Positions 1 to 9,770 of a DNA stretch of 64,000 bases are shown here, piece after piece. The translations under genes were made by a program, and so were the position numbers. Under the pieces are notes generated by a model. It made no database searches and was not told the DNA's origin. It saw only the letters and a list, made by a program, of their open reading frames with translations. The stretch spans positions 224,001 through 288,000 of the forward strand of contig CAXXKA010000006.1 of NCBI GenBank assembly GCA_963668625.2, in the 5' to 3' direction. The stretch's first letter is position 1. The number at the start of each line of letters is the position of its first letter. The stretch is from an uncultured candidate division Zixibacteria bacterium. Its GTDB lineage: Bacteria > Zixibacteria > MSB-5A5 > UBA10806 > 4484-95.

Positions 1-2168
1 CGTGATAGATGGTTGCGATACTCAGTATCGAATACGTTATCGAGGTTGACCGATATCGTATGAATGTACCTGGTTGTGGGCAAGGTATATTGAGAGTACA
101 AGTTCAGCAATGCGTAACCGGCGGTAGGCTCCTCGAACTCATCGACACGCGTTTGTTTAGCCGCGTACCGGCAGTTAATACCGGAGGTAAGCTTCACGGC
201 GCTATATTTTAACTCTACCTGACCTTTCAGCGGCGGTATCTGGGGGAGAGGGTTGCCCGATGTTTTGAATTCACCAATTGTGTAGCTTACCGAACCGACG
301 AAATCTATCCTGTCGGTTATACCATATTTCAGCTCACTCTCAATACCATATAGACGAGCTCTCACTCCAGTTGCGGCGTAAACCGGAAGCACCGTGGTCC
401 AGTTGATTTCTCCGGTATTTCGGTGTATGATATAATTATCGAGATCGTTGTAGAAAGTGTTGAGCATGAAATACAGCTTGTCGGAATTCTGGTAGATAAA
501 AACCTCGCCGCCAACGCCTTTCTCCAAACTTAAATCGGGATTACCGGTCTCGAATGAGTATGCCGCCAGATGCGGTCCCTCGGAGAACAATTCCTCGATC
601 GTGGGGGTACGCGTGGAGCGGCTGATATTACCGCCAATGCTCCAGTAGCGATCCAGCTCGTAAAGAATCGAAAGGGAGGCCGAAACCGAATTAAACTTAC
701 GCTCTCTTATGTAGCCGATGCGCGAATCAGGATTGTCGTGATCGGGTTCGATAGCCGAGAAATTGTATCTGATACCGGTCTCGAAATTCAGCTTGCCCAG
801 CTTGAAACTTTCGATAAGATACGGCGAGACGTTTAGCGAGCGAGATGGTGGACTGAATATCAAACCACCCAGATCGAGATCGCGATGCTCATAAGCGATG
901 CCGAAAGTGCCGGTGTCGAATTGTCCCAACGCGCGATGATTGATATTTGTGTAGCCCAGGTAATTAACTATCTTGAATTCAGTGCCTATAGCTCCCGAGG
1001 CCTCGAATTCTTTATGACGGTAATACGCTCTCGTGAAATGTGTTTCGATGTTCTCCAGAAAGCTTTCGCTAAAATCCAGCCGGGCTTTCAGATTGTATCG
1101 ACGTTTTTTCATATCGATATCCACACCGTTGGGGTGCGCGCCAACGAATCCACCGGGTACGCCGTATTCGAGATCGAAATACCTGAACGATGCGCCGATG
1201 AAACCACGGCTCCCAGCATATGCACCCCCGATACCGTAGTCGAGATTTTCCGAATACGAATTCCCCAGCTTGCCTTGCGGAGTATTCAAATCGGAGGACT
1301 CTTTCCTGTTTATTTCGCCTCGCAGCATCATTCGGTTCACGGGTATGGTAAGTGAGGCGGAGTTTAGATAGCCTGAGTTGGCGGATTCGGCGTATGCTCC
1401 TATCGAGCCGAAAATATCGTTTCGGGCATCCTGCGGTATCTCGTGACGGATGACATTCACCACACCGCCAATCGTTGTCGAGCTATATTTCAATACTTGA
1501 GGCCCGCGTATCACCTCGATACGCTCGATCGAGAATGGTTCGATAGTCACCGCGTGATCCGGCGAGGTGGCCGACAGGTCTGTGGTTTTGCCGCCATCCT
1601 CGCTTATAGTAACACGGTCTCCGCCCAGGCCGCGAATTACAGGCCGGGCCGGAGCAGGGCCCATCGAGCGCATAGCCAGGCCGGTTTCGTTTTTCAATGT
1701 CGAGGCCAGAGTTTGGCCAAGCTCTTTCTGAAGCTCCTTACCTGATAGCGTGTGTGATAATTCGGATAGCTCATCGAATTTAGTATGCGTGTGACGGGTA
1801 GTTACCACGACGGGCGATATCTCGATCGGACGACTCATCAAGTAAACCGCCAGTTCCGCACCTTCGTTTTCCGTAATCTCGAAACTAATCTGGTTCTGAT
1901 AGTACCCGAGGCGGCTAACCGCGATGGTATAATAACCCGGTTGGATATTGCTGATTAGAAATGAACCATCCGATGAGCTTGAAACTTTTTGCCGCGATTC
2001 CTGAATCTCTACGACAGCACCGGCGACAGGCGCGCCATTTCCCTCATCGATAACGACACCGCTTAACTCGCCGGCATCTAAAACGCCCCCAAAAAGTAGC
2101 AAGGCGATGGGAATCACCGCCAAAAACAGACAGTGACTCCCATTGGTTATGTACTTTAACATTCTCAT
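1..2168 (-). CDS. TonB-dependent receptor, ZnuD-like metal uptake type (3' end runs off the window; absent from the ORF track)
   Basis: Manual translation from ATG at 2168: signal peptide, carboxypeptidase-regulatory-like domain (LSGVVIDEGNGAPVAGAVV), plug motifs ARPVIRGLGGDRV, SATSPDHAVTIEP and IEVIRGP. The same frame at the window edge reads NLDNVFDTEYRNHLSR, typical of a TBDR near its C-terminus. Confidence 0.9.
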   Translation of the reverse strand, partial: MRMLKYITNGSHCLFLAVIPIALLLFGGVLDAGELSGVVIDEGNGAPVAGAVVEIQESRQKVSSSSDGSFLISNIQPGYYTIAVSRLGYYQNQISFEITENEGAELAVYLMSRPIEISPVVVTTRHTHTKFDELSELSHTLSGKELQKELGQTLASTLKNETGLAMRSMGPAPARPVIRGLGGDRVTISEDGGKTTDLSATSPDHAVTIEPFSIERIEVIRGPQVLKYSSTTIGGVVNVIRHEIPQDARNDIFGSIGAYAESANSGYLNSASLTIPVNRMMLRGEINRKESSDLNTPQGKLGNSYSENLDYGIGGAYAGSRGFIGASFRYFDLEYGVPGGFVGAHPNGVDIDMKKRRYNLKARLDFSESFLENIETHFTRAYYRHKEFEASGAIGTEFKIVNYLGYTNINHRALGQFDTGTFGIAYEHRDLDLGGLIFSPPSRSLNVSPYLIESFKLGKLNFETGIRYNFSAIEPDHDNPDSRIGYIRERKFNSVSASLSILYELDRYWSIGGNISRSTRTPTIEELFSEGPHLAAYSFETGNPDLSLEKGVGGEVFIYQNSDKLYFMLNTFYNDLDNYIIHRNTGEINWTTVLPVYAATGVRARLYGIESELKYGITDRIDFVGSVSYTIGEFKTSGNPLPQIPPLKGQVELKYSAVKLTSGINCRYAAKQTRVDEFEEPTAGYALLNLYSQYTLPTTRYIHTISVNLDNVFDTEYRNHLS

Positions 2169-2173
2169 CGTAC

Positions 2174-3037
2174 CTATTGCACTGTGATATCGACAGGCGT
2201 AAACGTTTTGCCTATTTCATCATCATGATACAAATATACAGTGATAGTGGCGGAACCAGCGCTATTGCCATATAGCTTGAACGCCCACGGTTCATCCTCA
2301 ACCTGACCGACTATCGTGACAATATTGGTATCAGAGCTTTCAACTACAAGCGAATGAGGAGGTACCGGCGGGAAGAATTCGATATCGTTGGTATCGAAAA
2401 ATAAAGCCTCTATATGATCGGTGGAATCATTAGCAGAAACAGACAAGCTACCCTCGGTGCTATCAGTAGCGGCCAGCCAGGCGGTTGCCAAAAGCTGCTC
2501 GGTTTCCTCATCATAGAGTCGAACCCCGACAGGCTCATCATGAAGGACTTCCGTGCCGACTACCACCGGTATCGGCAGCGTGGTGAAATCCGAGTGTCCC
2601 TCGTGCATAACGTTGAACTCGACCGTGCAACTTCCCGATTCCAATCCTCTGATATGAAACTCGAACGCGCCGTCCTCGCCCTCGTGCCACCATAGCTCGG
2701 CCAGCTCGGAAGTGAATGTTGCCGCGAAAGTCTGATGTCCGCCCTCATCGGGGGTAAGCGGCGGATCGATCTGTTCCCCGTCCTCATCATAAAAATATGC
2801 CTTCCAGTGAGGATTCAAGCCGAGGCTCAATTGAAGGGTATCGAGGTATGCTATGTCATCCCCGGCCTGGTAATCGGGGCCGTAATAGTCAAGAACGATG
2901 ACGCCGGATTGTTGGATGATGATCCCCACAGCATCGAAATGCTCCTCCTGGCCGGTTATATCGTTGTCATCATCACAGCCAACAAACGAGAACGCTAATG
3001 TCAAAACGAATATGATTAACAGAGTATTTCTGAACAT
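2174..3037 (-). CDS. Acidic, His-containing lipoprotein with two tandem Ig-like repeats; putative metal-binding partner of the TBDR
   Basis: Lipobox FVGC; motifs EEHFDAVG / LHDEPVG and MHEGHSDF / YHDDEIG; AAGGAG RBS; ends 5 nt before the TBDR start. Confidence 0.75.
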   Translation of the reverse strand: MFRNTLLIIFVLTLAFSFVGCDDDNDITGQEEHFDAVGIIIQQSGVIVLDYYGPDYQAGDDIAYLDTLQLSLGLNPHWKAYFYDEDGEQIDPPLTPDEGGHQTFAATFTSELAELWWHEGEDGAFEFHIRGLESGSCTVEFNVMHEGHSDFTTLPIPVVVGTEVLHDEPVGVRLYDEETEQLLATAWLAATDSTEGSLSVSANDSTDHIEALFFDTNDIEFFPPVPPHSLVVESSDTNIVTIVGQVEDEPWAFKLYGNSAGSATITVYLYHDDEIGKTFTPVDITVQ

Positions 3038-3102
3038 GGAATGCTCCTTGGTAAAACAATTATAACAGGTTTAGTAAACTAATTATTGATACAAAAGACA
3101 GA

Positions 3103-3399
3103 TTATGCGGGTGGAGCGCGATCTCCCGGCGCACGATAATGCTCTGAATGAACGAGTTTAAGTAACTCTTCTGATTCTAAAATATATAATTGCGTGATCG
3201 TGCAATCGTCAATGGGAAGCGCGGCTTGGTCGACGAGGAAAGCGGCCTCGAACAGGTGTGCCGGGCAGTTGTCATGATCGTGACCGTCATATTCGTGATC
3301 GTGCGCGAAATTGGAGAGAGCAGGTAATGCTAATACGAAAACAATAAGCATTATCGCCATCAGTGGCGAGATTGTCAGTATTTTAGAATTTCGTTTCAT
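3103..3399 (-). CDS. DUF2946-like upstream regulatory ORF with signal/TM segment, His-rich CPAH motif and C-terminal RAPP arrest motif
   Basis: N-terminal hydrophobic segment, HDHEYDGHDHDNCPAH, C-terminus HYRAPGDRAPPA-stop; first gene of the TBDR operon. Confidence 0.75.
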   Translation of the reverse strand: MKRNSKILTISPLMAIMLIVFVLALPALSNFAHDHEYDGHDHDNCPAHLFEAAFLVDQAALPIDDCTITQLYILESEELLKLVHSEHYRAPGDRAPPA

Positions 3400-3511
3400 G
3401 CTTATTAATTAACCTGTATTTCCAGGATCGGGTTCATCATTTTTCCAATCAGATAATATTTATTTGATGATTAAAATACAAGAGATATTCGATTCGGGTT
3501 CAATTTCTTCA

Positions 3512-3528
3512 TAAATGATAATTATTTA
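3512..3528. promoter_or_regulatory. Fur/Zur-like palindrome in the divergent promoter region
   Basis: TAAATGAT-A-ATTATTTA, an 8-1-8 inverted repeat with one mismatched pair, resembling the Fur-family AATGATAATnATT box. The context is AT-rich, so it could be chance. Confidence 0.35.
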
Positions 3529-3593
3529 ACCCTTGCCTCATGCTGCATAATAATATAATTTCCTCATTCAAAGCTAAAACCAGGAGAATAATA

Positions 3594-5705
3594 ATGTCAA
3601 ATAGTCTCGATAAAATATTCAAACCGAAAACAGTTGCCGTAATAGGCGCCTCTAATAAACCCGGCTCGATCGGAAACGTTATCGTTAACAACCTGCTCAG
3701 GTACGAATTCAAGGGTAAAATATATCCGATTAATCCCAAAACCGATAAGATCGATTGGCTACAATGCTACCCCAGCATACTCGATGTTACCGATGAGATC
3801 GACCTGGCGATTATAGTCGTGCCGCGTGATTTCGTTGCGGCCTCGCTGGAGCAATGCGGGCAGAAAGGCGTGAAAGGTATCCTGACTATCACCGCCGGGT
3901 TCAAAGAGATAGGCGGCGAGGGGATCGAAAAAGAAAAAGAGCTTATCGATATAGTAAAAAAATATGGCATGAGAATGGTCGGACCCAACTGTTACGGTCT
4001 GGTTAACTCGGCTGATGATATCTCTTTGAACTGCACTTTTTCCAAGCTTAATCCGCCGCGTGGTGGAGTGGCGTTCATGTCGCAATCCGGCGCGCTGGGC
4101 GAGGTCGTGATCGACTATACCAGCAGGCTCAATATAGGATTCTCGCAATTCGTCTCGGTGGGCAATAAAGCCGATATCTCCGATATAGATATGCTTCGCT
4201 ACTGGGAGAACGATGATACCTGTAAGATGATACTTCTGTATCTGGAAAACGTGGAGAACGCCGCCGAGTTCACGAAAGTAGCAGGCCAGATAACTAAAAA
4301 GAAACCGATTTTCGCGGTCAAAACCGGCAGATCGAAAGCTGGCGCGAAAGCGATCAGCTCTCATACCGGCGTACTGGCCGGTGGGGACGCTGCAACCGAT
4401 GCCGTGTTCAAGCAATGCGGTATCATCCGGGCCGACTCTATCGATGAGATGTTTTTGAATGCGATGGCGTTTACTCATCAACCGATGCTTAAAGGCGACC
4501 GAATAGCCGTTATAACCAATGCCGGAGGCCCGGGTATTCTCTGCACCGATGCTGTTGAGATGTTGGGGCTGGAGATGGCGCAGTTCGATCCGAAGACGAA
4601 AGAGTACCTGCGGGCTAATCTGCAATCGATGGCGGCGGTTAACAACCCCATCGATGTCATCGCCTCGGGCGGCCCTGATGCCTACGCCGCCTCGATGGAA
4701 GCAGTACTGACCGATAGAAATGTCGATGGTGTCATTTGTATATTCGTGCCGCCGATACTGGTCGATTCCAAAGCCGTATTGAAAGCAGTTGCCGATAAAG
4801 TCAAAGAGCATGGCAATAATAAAACCGTGCTGGCCTGTTTGATGGGCTCTCCCGATGGCATCCCCGGTTCGGAGTATCTCGATGAGGTCAATGTGCCGTC
4901 ATACACGTTCCCTGAGGCAGCAGCTAAGGCTCTCAGGTCGATGGCTGAGTTCCGAGGCTGGTTGAACCGTAAAAAAGGCAAGCTGCCGAAATTCGATGTT
5001 AAAGAGAAGTCGGTCAGGAAGATTATCGATAGCGCCGTTAAACATGGCCGCAAGGCGATACTTGGCCGTGATGCTTATAAAATCCTCAAAGCTTACGGTA
5101 TCCCAATCGCGAAGGTTGCCCGGGCAAAGGATAGCAAAGAACTTAGCAAAGCTATCGATAAAGTGAAACTTCCGTTGGTGATGAAAATAGAGGATGACTC
5201 GATCTCGCATAAATCGGATGTCGGCGGGGTGATGGTCGGACTGGCAACGAAAAAAGAGGTCAACCGAGCGTTTAAGGATATGAAATCCAAATTCCCCGGC
5301 AAGGATGGCGAGTTTGCCGGCGTACTTCTGCAGGAGATGGTTTCGGATGGTGTTGAGACTATCATGGGCATGAATCAGGACCCGACTTTCGGGCAGGTTA
5401 TAATGTTTGGCCTCGGTGGAATTTTCGTGGAGATATTGAAGGATGTCTCACTGAAACTTAATCCGATTACGGATATAGACGCCGAGGAGATGATTAAATC
5501 GATTAAAAGCTCTAAAATACTTGAGGGTGCAAGGGGCGCAAAGGGTGTTGATACCGATATTCTGAGGGATACACTTCTGAAACTTTCGCAATTGGCTATG
5601 GATTTCCCGGAAATCAAATCTATCGACTTGAATCCGTTCCTGATCAGTAGCGAAAAGAAGTATTCCAAAGCGGTGGATGCCAGGTTTATCCTCAATGAGG
5701 ATTAA
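3594..5705 (+). CDS. ADP-forming acetate/acyl-CoA ligase, alpha-beta fusion
   Basis: CoA-binding domain (VAVIGAS), GPNCYG, phospho-His motif SSHTG, ATP-grasp domain with SHKSDVGGV and DLNP; no GNAT domain. Start moved to ATG 3594 after AGGAGA. Confidence 0.9.
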   Translation: MSNSLDKIFKPKTVAVIGASNKPGSIGNVIVNNLLRYEFKGKIYPINPKTDKIDWLQCYPSILDVTDEIDLAIIVVPRDFVAASLEQCGQKGVKGILTITAGFKEIGGEGIEKEKELIDIVKKYGMRMVGPNCYGLVNSADDISLNCTFSKLNPPRGGVAFMSQSGALGEVVIDYTSRLNIGFSQFVSVGNKADISDIDMLRYWENDDTCKMILLYLENVENAAEFTKVAGQITKKKPIFAVKTGRSKAGAKAISSHTGVLAGGDAATDAVFKQCGIIRADSIDEMFLNAMAFTHQPMLKGDRIAVITNAGGPGILCTDAVEMLGLEMAQFDPKTKEYLRANLQSMAAVNNPIDVIASGGPDAYAASMEAVLTDRNVDGVICIFVPPILVDSKAVLKAVADKVKEHGNNKTVLACLMGSPDGIPGSEYLDEVNVPSYTFPEAAAKALRSMAEFRGWLNRKKGKLPKFDVKEKSVRKIIDSAVKHGRKAILGRDAYKILKAYGIPIAKVARAKDSKELSKAIDKVKLPLVMKIEDDSISHKSDVGGVMVGLATKKEVNRAFKDMKSKFPGKDGEFAGVLLQEMVSDGVETIMGMNQDPTFGQVIMFGLGGIFVEILKDVSLKLNPITDIDAEEMIKSIKSSKILEGARGAKGVDTDILRDTLLKLSQLAMDFPEIKSIDLNPFLISSEKKYSKAVDARFILNED

Positions 5706-5911
5706 AAGGTATTTTATAAATATAAAAATTTCATAATATCTATTTATTTATAACCTTTCACGGCTTTTGTTAGTTATTTGAAAATTATACGCTGACATCG
5801 GCTTTTAAAGGCAAAACCTAAATAGAAGATAAATAATTCAATCTACTAACCGATACAATGACAAGAGGATAGGAAGGTAGTAGATTGGGGAATTACCGAT
5901 AAGGGCAAATT

Positions 5912-7906
5912 ATGTGTGGCATTGCTGGATATTTTCGGATAAATAAAGATAAGTCATTGGATGATATGCTCCTTACCCGAATGGTAAATATATTGGAGCA
6001 TCGCGGCCCCGATGAGTTTGGGGCTTATATTGATGATGATTGTGCTTTAGGTCAAGCACGGCTTTCCATCATCGATTTATCTACAGGACAACAACCTTTA
6101 TGTAACGAGGACGAAACCCTGTGGATCACGTTTAATGGTGAGATATATAACTACATAGAGCTTCGCGAGGAGCTTGAAAAAGCCGGCCATAAATTCCGCA
6201 CCAAATCCGATACCGAAACCATAGTTCACGCGTTCGAGCAATGGGGCCCTGATTGCGTACAGCACATGAACGGCCAATTCGCATTCGCGATATATAACAG
6301 CGTCGATAAATCAGTATTCATCGCCCGCGACAGGGTGGGCATCAGGCCGCTTTTCTACACCATTCACGATGGTATACTGTATTTCTCATCAGAGATAAAA
6401 GCGATATTTTGCGAACGATCGATTCCACGAAAGCTGGATTTTCTTGGCTTAGATGAGATTTTCACCTGGTGGACTACCAGCCCGCCGCGTACAGCATTCG
6501 AGAATATCAATGAACTCGATCCCGGCTCGACCTTGCTTATCAGGGACGGCCAGTTGAAAAAGACGAGATACTGGCAGATGGAATTTCCCGAGCAGTACGA
6601 TAACGCTCGCTCGCTCGAATCATGGGCGGAGGAACTTCACGAGTTATTAGTCGATTCGGTGAGACTTCGGTTGCGTGCCGATGTTCCGGTCGGCGGCTAT
6701 CTCTCCGGCGGACTCGATTCCTCGGCAACGGTAGCATTGATCAAGAGATTCACCTCGAATAAAATCGAGACATTCTCGATAGCGTTTCAGGATAAAGCTT
6801 ATGATGAGTCGGAGTACCAAAACCAGATGGCAGAGTACCTGGGCACGAACCATCACCAGGTAACCTGTACTTATAACGATATCGCCACCAGTTTTCCGAG
6901 CGTTATCTGGCATTCGGAGAAACCGATACTCAGAACCGCGCCGACGCCGCTTTATCTGCTTTCGAGACTGGTACGGGATAACGATTTTAAAGTCGTTCTA
7001 ACCGGTGAGGGTTCCGATGAGATACTCGGTGGTTATGATTTATTTAAAGAGACACTGATCCGCCGTTTCTGGGCAAAAGATCCCGAATCCGCCTGGCGTC
7101 CGCTTCTTCTGAAAAGGCTGTACCCGACACTGCCGTTAACCGGCGCGAGGGCGAAATTCTATCTCGAAACTTTCTACAAGAAAGGCCTGGCCGAGATAGA
7201 TAAATACTATTTCTCGCATATGCAGAGAATCAGTACGACAACCAAAGTTAAAGATTATTTCACGAATGATATTAAAGCTGCCATAAAGGATAATGATGCC
7301 GTCTCCGCGTTCGGCAACGATCTGCCCTCGGGATTTTATAACTGGCATCACCTGGCTCGCGCGCAATTCCTGGAGGCAAAATCATTACTTTCGGGATACC
7401 TGTTATCCTCGCAGGGTGACAGGGTAGCAGCCGCCAACTCGATCGAGACGCGTTTCCCGTTTTTGGATCATCGCGTGATAGAGTTTGGCGCGACTATTCC
7501 GCCGAAGCATAAGCTTTTAGGTTTGAAAGAAAAGTACGTGCTCAAAAAGGCGATGAGCAAAGAGCTGCCGCCCGAGATTATAGCCAGGGTGAAACAGCCG
7601 TATATGGCGCCCGATTCGAACTCGTTCTTCCAGAGCGATTCGCCCGAGTGGATTAGCGATGTACTCTCGGAAAGCTCGCTTGCTAAAACCGGCGTGTTCA
7701 ATCATGCCTATGTCGAAAAGCTGAAAGCTAAATGCAGCAAGCTTTCGCACGCTCATCTTTCGTTTAAAGATAACATGTCGATAATCGGGATACTATCGAC
7801 TCAACTGTTAGCGAGTCAATATCTGGATGGTTACGAACCGGCGGAGATGCTGGCCAAAGAAAAATTCACCACCTGGGTTGACCGGAGAGCCGCGATTGTG
7901 GCATAA
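5912..7906 (+). CDS. asnB: Asparagine synthase (glutamine-hydrolysing) family amidotransferase
   Basis: N-terminal MCGIAG nucleophile, HRGPD, RLSIID, FNGEIYN, LSGGLDSS, TGEGSDE, RFPFLDH. Confidence 0.93.
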   Translation: MCGIAGYFRINKDKSLDDMLLTRMVNILEHRGPDEFGAYIDDDCALGQARLSIIDLSTGQQPLCNEDETLWITFNGEIYNYIELREELEKAGHKFRTKSDTETIVHAFEQWGPDCVQHMNGQFAFAIYNSVDKSVFIARDRVGIRPLFYTIHDGILYFSSEIKAIFCERSIPRKLDFLGLDEIFTWWTTSPPRTAFENINELDPGSTLLIRDGQLKKTRYWQMEFPEQYDNARSLESWAEELHELLVDSVRLRLRADVPVGGYLSGGLDSSATVALIKRFTSNKIETFSIAFQDKAYDESEYQNQMAEYLGTNHHQVTCTYNDIATSFPSVIWHSEKPILRTAPTPLYLLSRLVRDNDFKVVLTGEGSDEILGGYDLFKETLIRRFWAKDPESAWRPLLLKRLYPTLPLTGARAKFYLETFYKKGLAEIDKYYFSHMQRISTTTKVKDYFTNDIKAAIKDNDAVSAFGNDLPSGFYNWHHLARAQFLEAKSLLSGYLLSSQGDRVAAANSIETRFPFLDHRVIEFGATIPPKHKLLGLKEKYVLKKAMSKELPPEIIARVKQPYMAPDSNSFFQSDSPEWISDVLSESSLAKTGVFNHAYVEKLKAKCSKLSHAHLSFKDNMSIIGILSTQLLASQYLDGYEPAEMLAKEKFTTWVDRRAAIVA

Positions 7907-7978
7907 TAACATTTTAATTTGATAATTTCTAAATTTACGATAAAGTCGACACATGTAGCTCTGTAATAAGGAGGACTT

Positions 7979-8224
7979 TTGGATATCAAGGCACAGATCA
8001 GGGAATTCATCGTTGATAACTTCATGATGGGAAGAGATCCCGAGGAACTGAAAGATAACAACTCACTACTCGAGATGAACATTATCGACTCGACCGGCGT
8101 ACTGGAGATGGTTGGTTTCTTAGAGGAGACTTACGAAATCACTATCGAGGATGATGAGTTAATTCCCGATAATCTAGATTCACTAGTTAAAATGGAAGCA
8201 TTCATAAATCGTAAGAAACAATAA
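7979..8224 (+). CDS. Acyl/aminoacyl carrier protein
   Basis: 81 aa acidic protein with phosphopantetheine-Ser motif IIDSTGVLE; TTG start after AGGAGG. Confidence 0.88.
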   Translation: MDIKAQIREFIVDNFMMGRDPEELKDNNSLLEMNIIDSTGVLEMVGFLEETYEITIEDDELIPDNLDSLVKMEAFINRKKQ

Positions 8225-8231
8225 GGTACTT

Positions 8232-9770
8232 ATGCTCGTCCATCATTTCCTGGAGGATAACTCCGAGAAGTATCCCTATAAGGATGCCGCTATTCATTTC
8301 GGAGGGCGGATAAACTACCTGGAGTTGGAGGCGGCCTCGAACAGGCTGGCCAACCATCTCATTGAGGCAGGTGTTGTGCCTGGCGACAGGGTGGCGCTTC
8401 TATTGGAATCCTCGATAAATTATATCATAGCTTATTTCGCTATATTGAAAGTCGGCGGCGTTGTAGTTGCTTTAAACACCCAGGCCGCTATAAGAAATTT
8501 CAAAACGATAATGGCCGACTGTACTGTCAGCGCTATTATCGTGCAGAAAAAACTGGCAAGCGTTATCAAGCAGGTACATGAAGACTTGCCATCCTTAAAG
8601 CACGTTGTATGTGATGGCAGCTATGACCGCTTGCCCAAAGAGTTGAGCCAGGAGTTCTGGCTGGATATCATGCTCAAAGGTGATCCATCCAGGCCGAGCG
8701 TTAGCCGCTCGAACGAGGATTATGCCCAGATTATCTATACCTCCGGTACTACCGGCTCGCCCAAAGGCGTGACATTATCTCATAAAAACCTCGTTACCAA
8801 CACCGAATCGATAGTGCAGTATCTTGGACTAACTCACGAGGATAGGGTGATGTCTATCCTGCCGTTCTATTATAGCTACGGCAACTCACTTCTGCTTACG
8901 CATATGTACTGCGGCGGCAGCCTGGTCATAGATAATCGTTTCGCGTACCCTAACGTTATATTGGAGCTGATGTCTCAGGAGCGGGTAACCGGCTTTTCGG
9001 GAGTACCCTCGACATTTGCCATATTGATGCACAAATCGAACATTCACAGCTACAGGTTCGATCATCTGAGATACCTCACCCAGGCAGGCGGCCCGATGAC
9101 ACCGGCGCTTACGCAGAAGATATTAGAGGCGATGCCGCATATACGAATATTTATCATGTACGGCCAGACCGAGGCCTCGGCGAGACTGTCTTATCTCGAA
9201 CCGGAGAAGCTTCTGGAGAAGATCGGTTCGATCGGTAAAGCAATTCCCGGAGTAACGCTCGAGGTGAAAAACGATAAGGGTAAGTCATGTAAGGTGGGCG
9301 AGACCGGCGAGATAGTAGCTCGCGGAGATAATATCATGACAGGCTACTGGAATCAGCCCGAGGCGACAAAGACCGTGCTCAAAGAGGATGGCCTTCACAC
9401 GGGCGATTTAGCGCATATTGATGAGGACGGGTATTTCTATATAGTAAGCCGTAAAACGGATATGATAAAAAGCGGCGCGCATCGTATCTCTCCCAAGGAG
9501 ATCGAGGAGATATTCGCCGAATTCCCGGGGCTGGTGGAAACCGCCGTGGTGGGTGTTCCCGATGAGATACTGGGCGAGGCGCTGGTTGCCTATATAGTAC
9601 CGAAACAGAAAATAGATACGAAGGAGCTGAGAAAACATCTTAGACTAAACCTGGCTCCGTTTAAAATCCCGAGAGAAATTATCGAGGTGAAAACTCTTCC
9701 CAAAACACCCTCGGGAAAAATACAGAAATTCAAACTGGTGGAAAATCACTCTAAGAAAGAGGTGAAATAA
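8232..9770 (+). CDS. Class I adenylate-forming enzyme (acyl-CoA/ACP ligase)
   Basis: YTSGTTGSPKG, YGQTE, HTGD, LPKTPSGKIQK. Confidence 0.92.
   Translation: MLVHHFLEDNSEKYPYKDAAIHFGGRINYLELEAASNRLANHLIEAGVVPGDRVALLLESSINYIIAYFAILKVGGVVVALNTQAAIRNFKTIMADCTVSAIIVQKKLASVIKQVHEDLPSLKHVVCDGSYDRLPKELSQEFWLDIMLKGDPSRPSVSRSNEDYAQIIYTSGTTGSPKGVTLSHKNLVTNTESIVQYLGLTHEDRVMSILPFYYSYGNSLLLTHMYCGGSLVIDNRFAYPNVILELMSQERVTGFSGVPSTFAILMHKSNIHSYRFDHLRYLTQAGGPMTPALTQKILEAMPHIRIFIMYGQTEASARLSYLEPEKLLEKIGSIGKAIPGVTLEVKNDKGKSCKVGETGEIVARGDNIMTGYWNQPEATKTVLKEDGLHTGDLAHIDEDGYFYIVSRKTDMIKSGAHRISPKEIEEIFAEFPGLVETAVVGVPDEILGEALVAYIVPKQKIDTKELRKHLRLNLAPFKIPREIIEVKTLPKTPSGKIQKFKLVENHSKKEVK

Noticed and set aside
9-1745. 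Plus-strand ORFs in the first 2 kb
   Set aside because: They are antisense shadows of the minus-strand TonB-dependent receptor.
3759-4811. Long antisense ORFs (350 aa here; 311 aa at 44846-45781; 225 aa at 30549-31226)
   Set aside because: They lie wholly opposite well-conserved genes and have no recognisable motifs; expected from codon bias.
3594-5705. Protein lysine acetyltransferase (Pat/PatZ)
   Set aside because: No GNAT domain, and both catalytic His motifs of ADP-forming ligases are intact.
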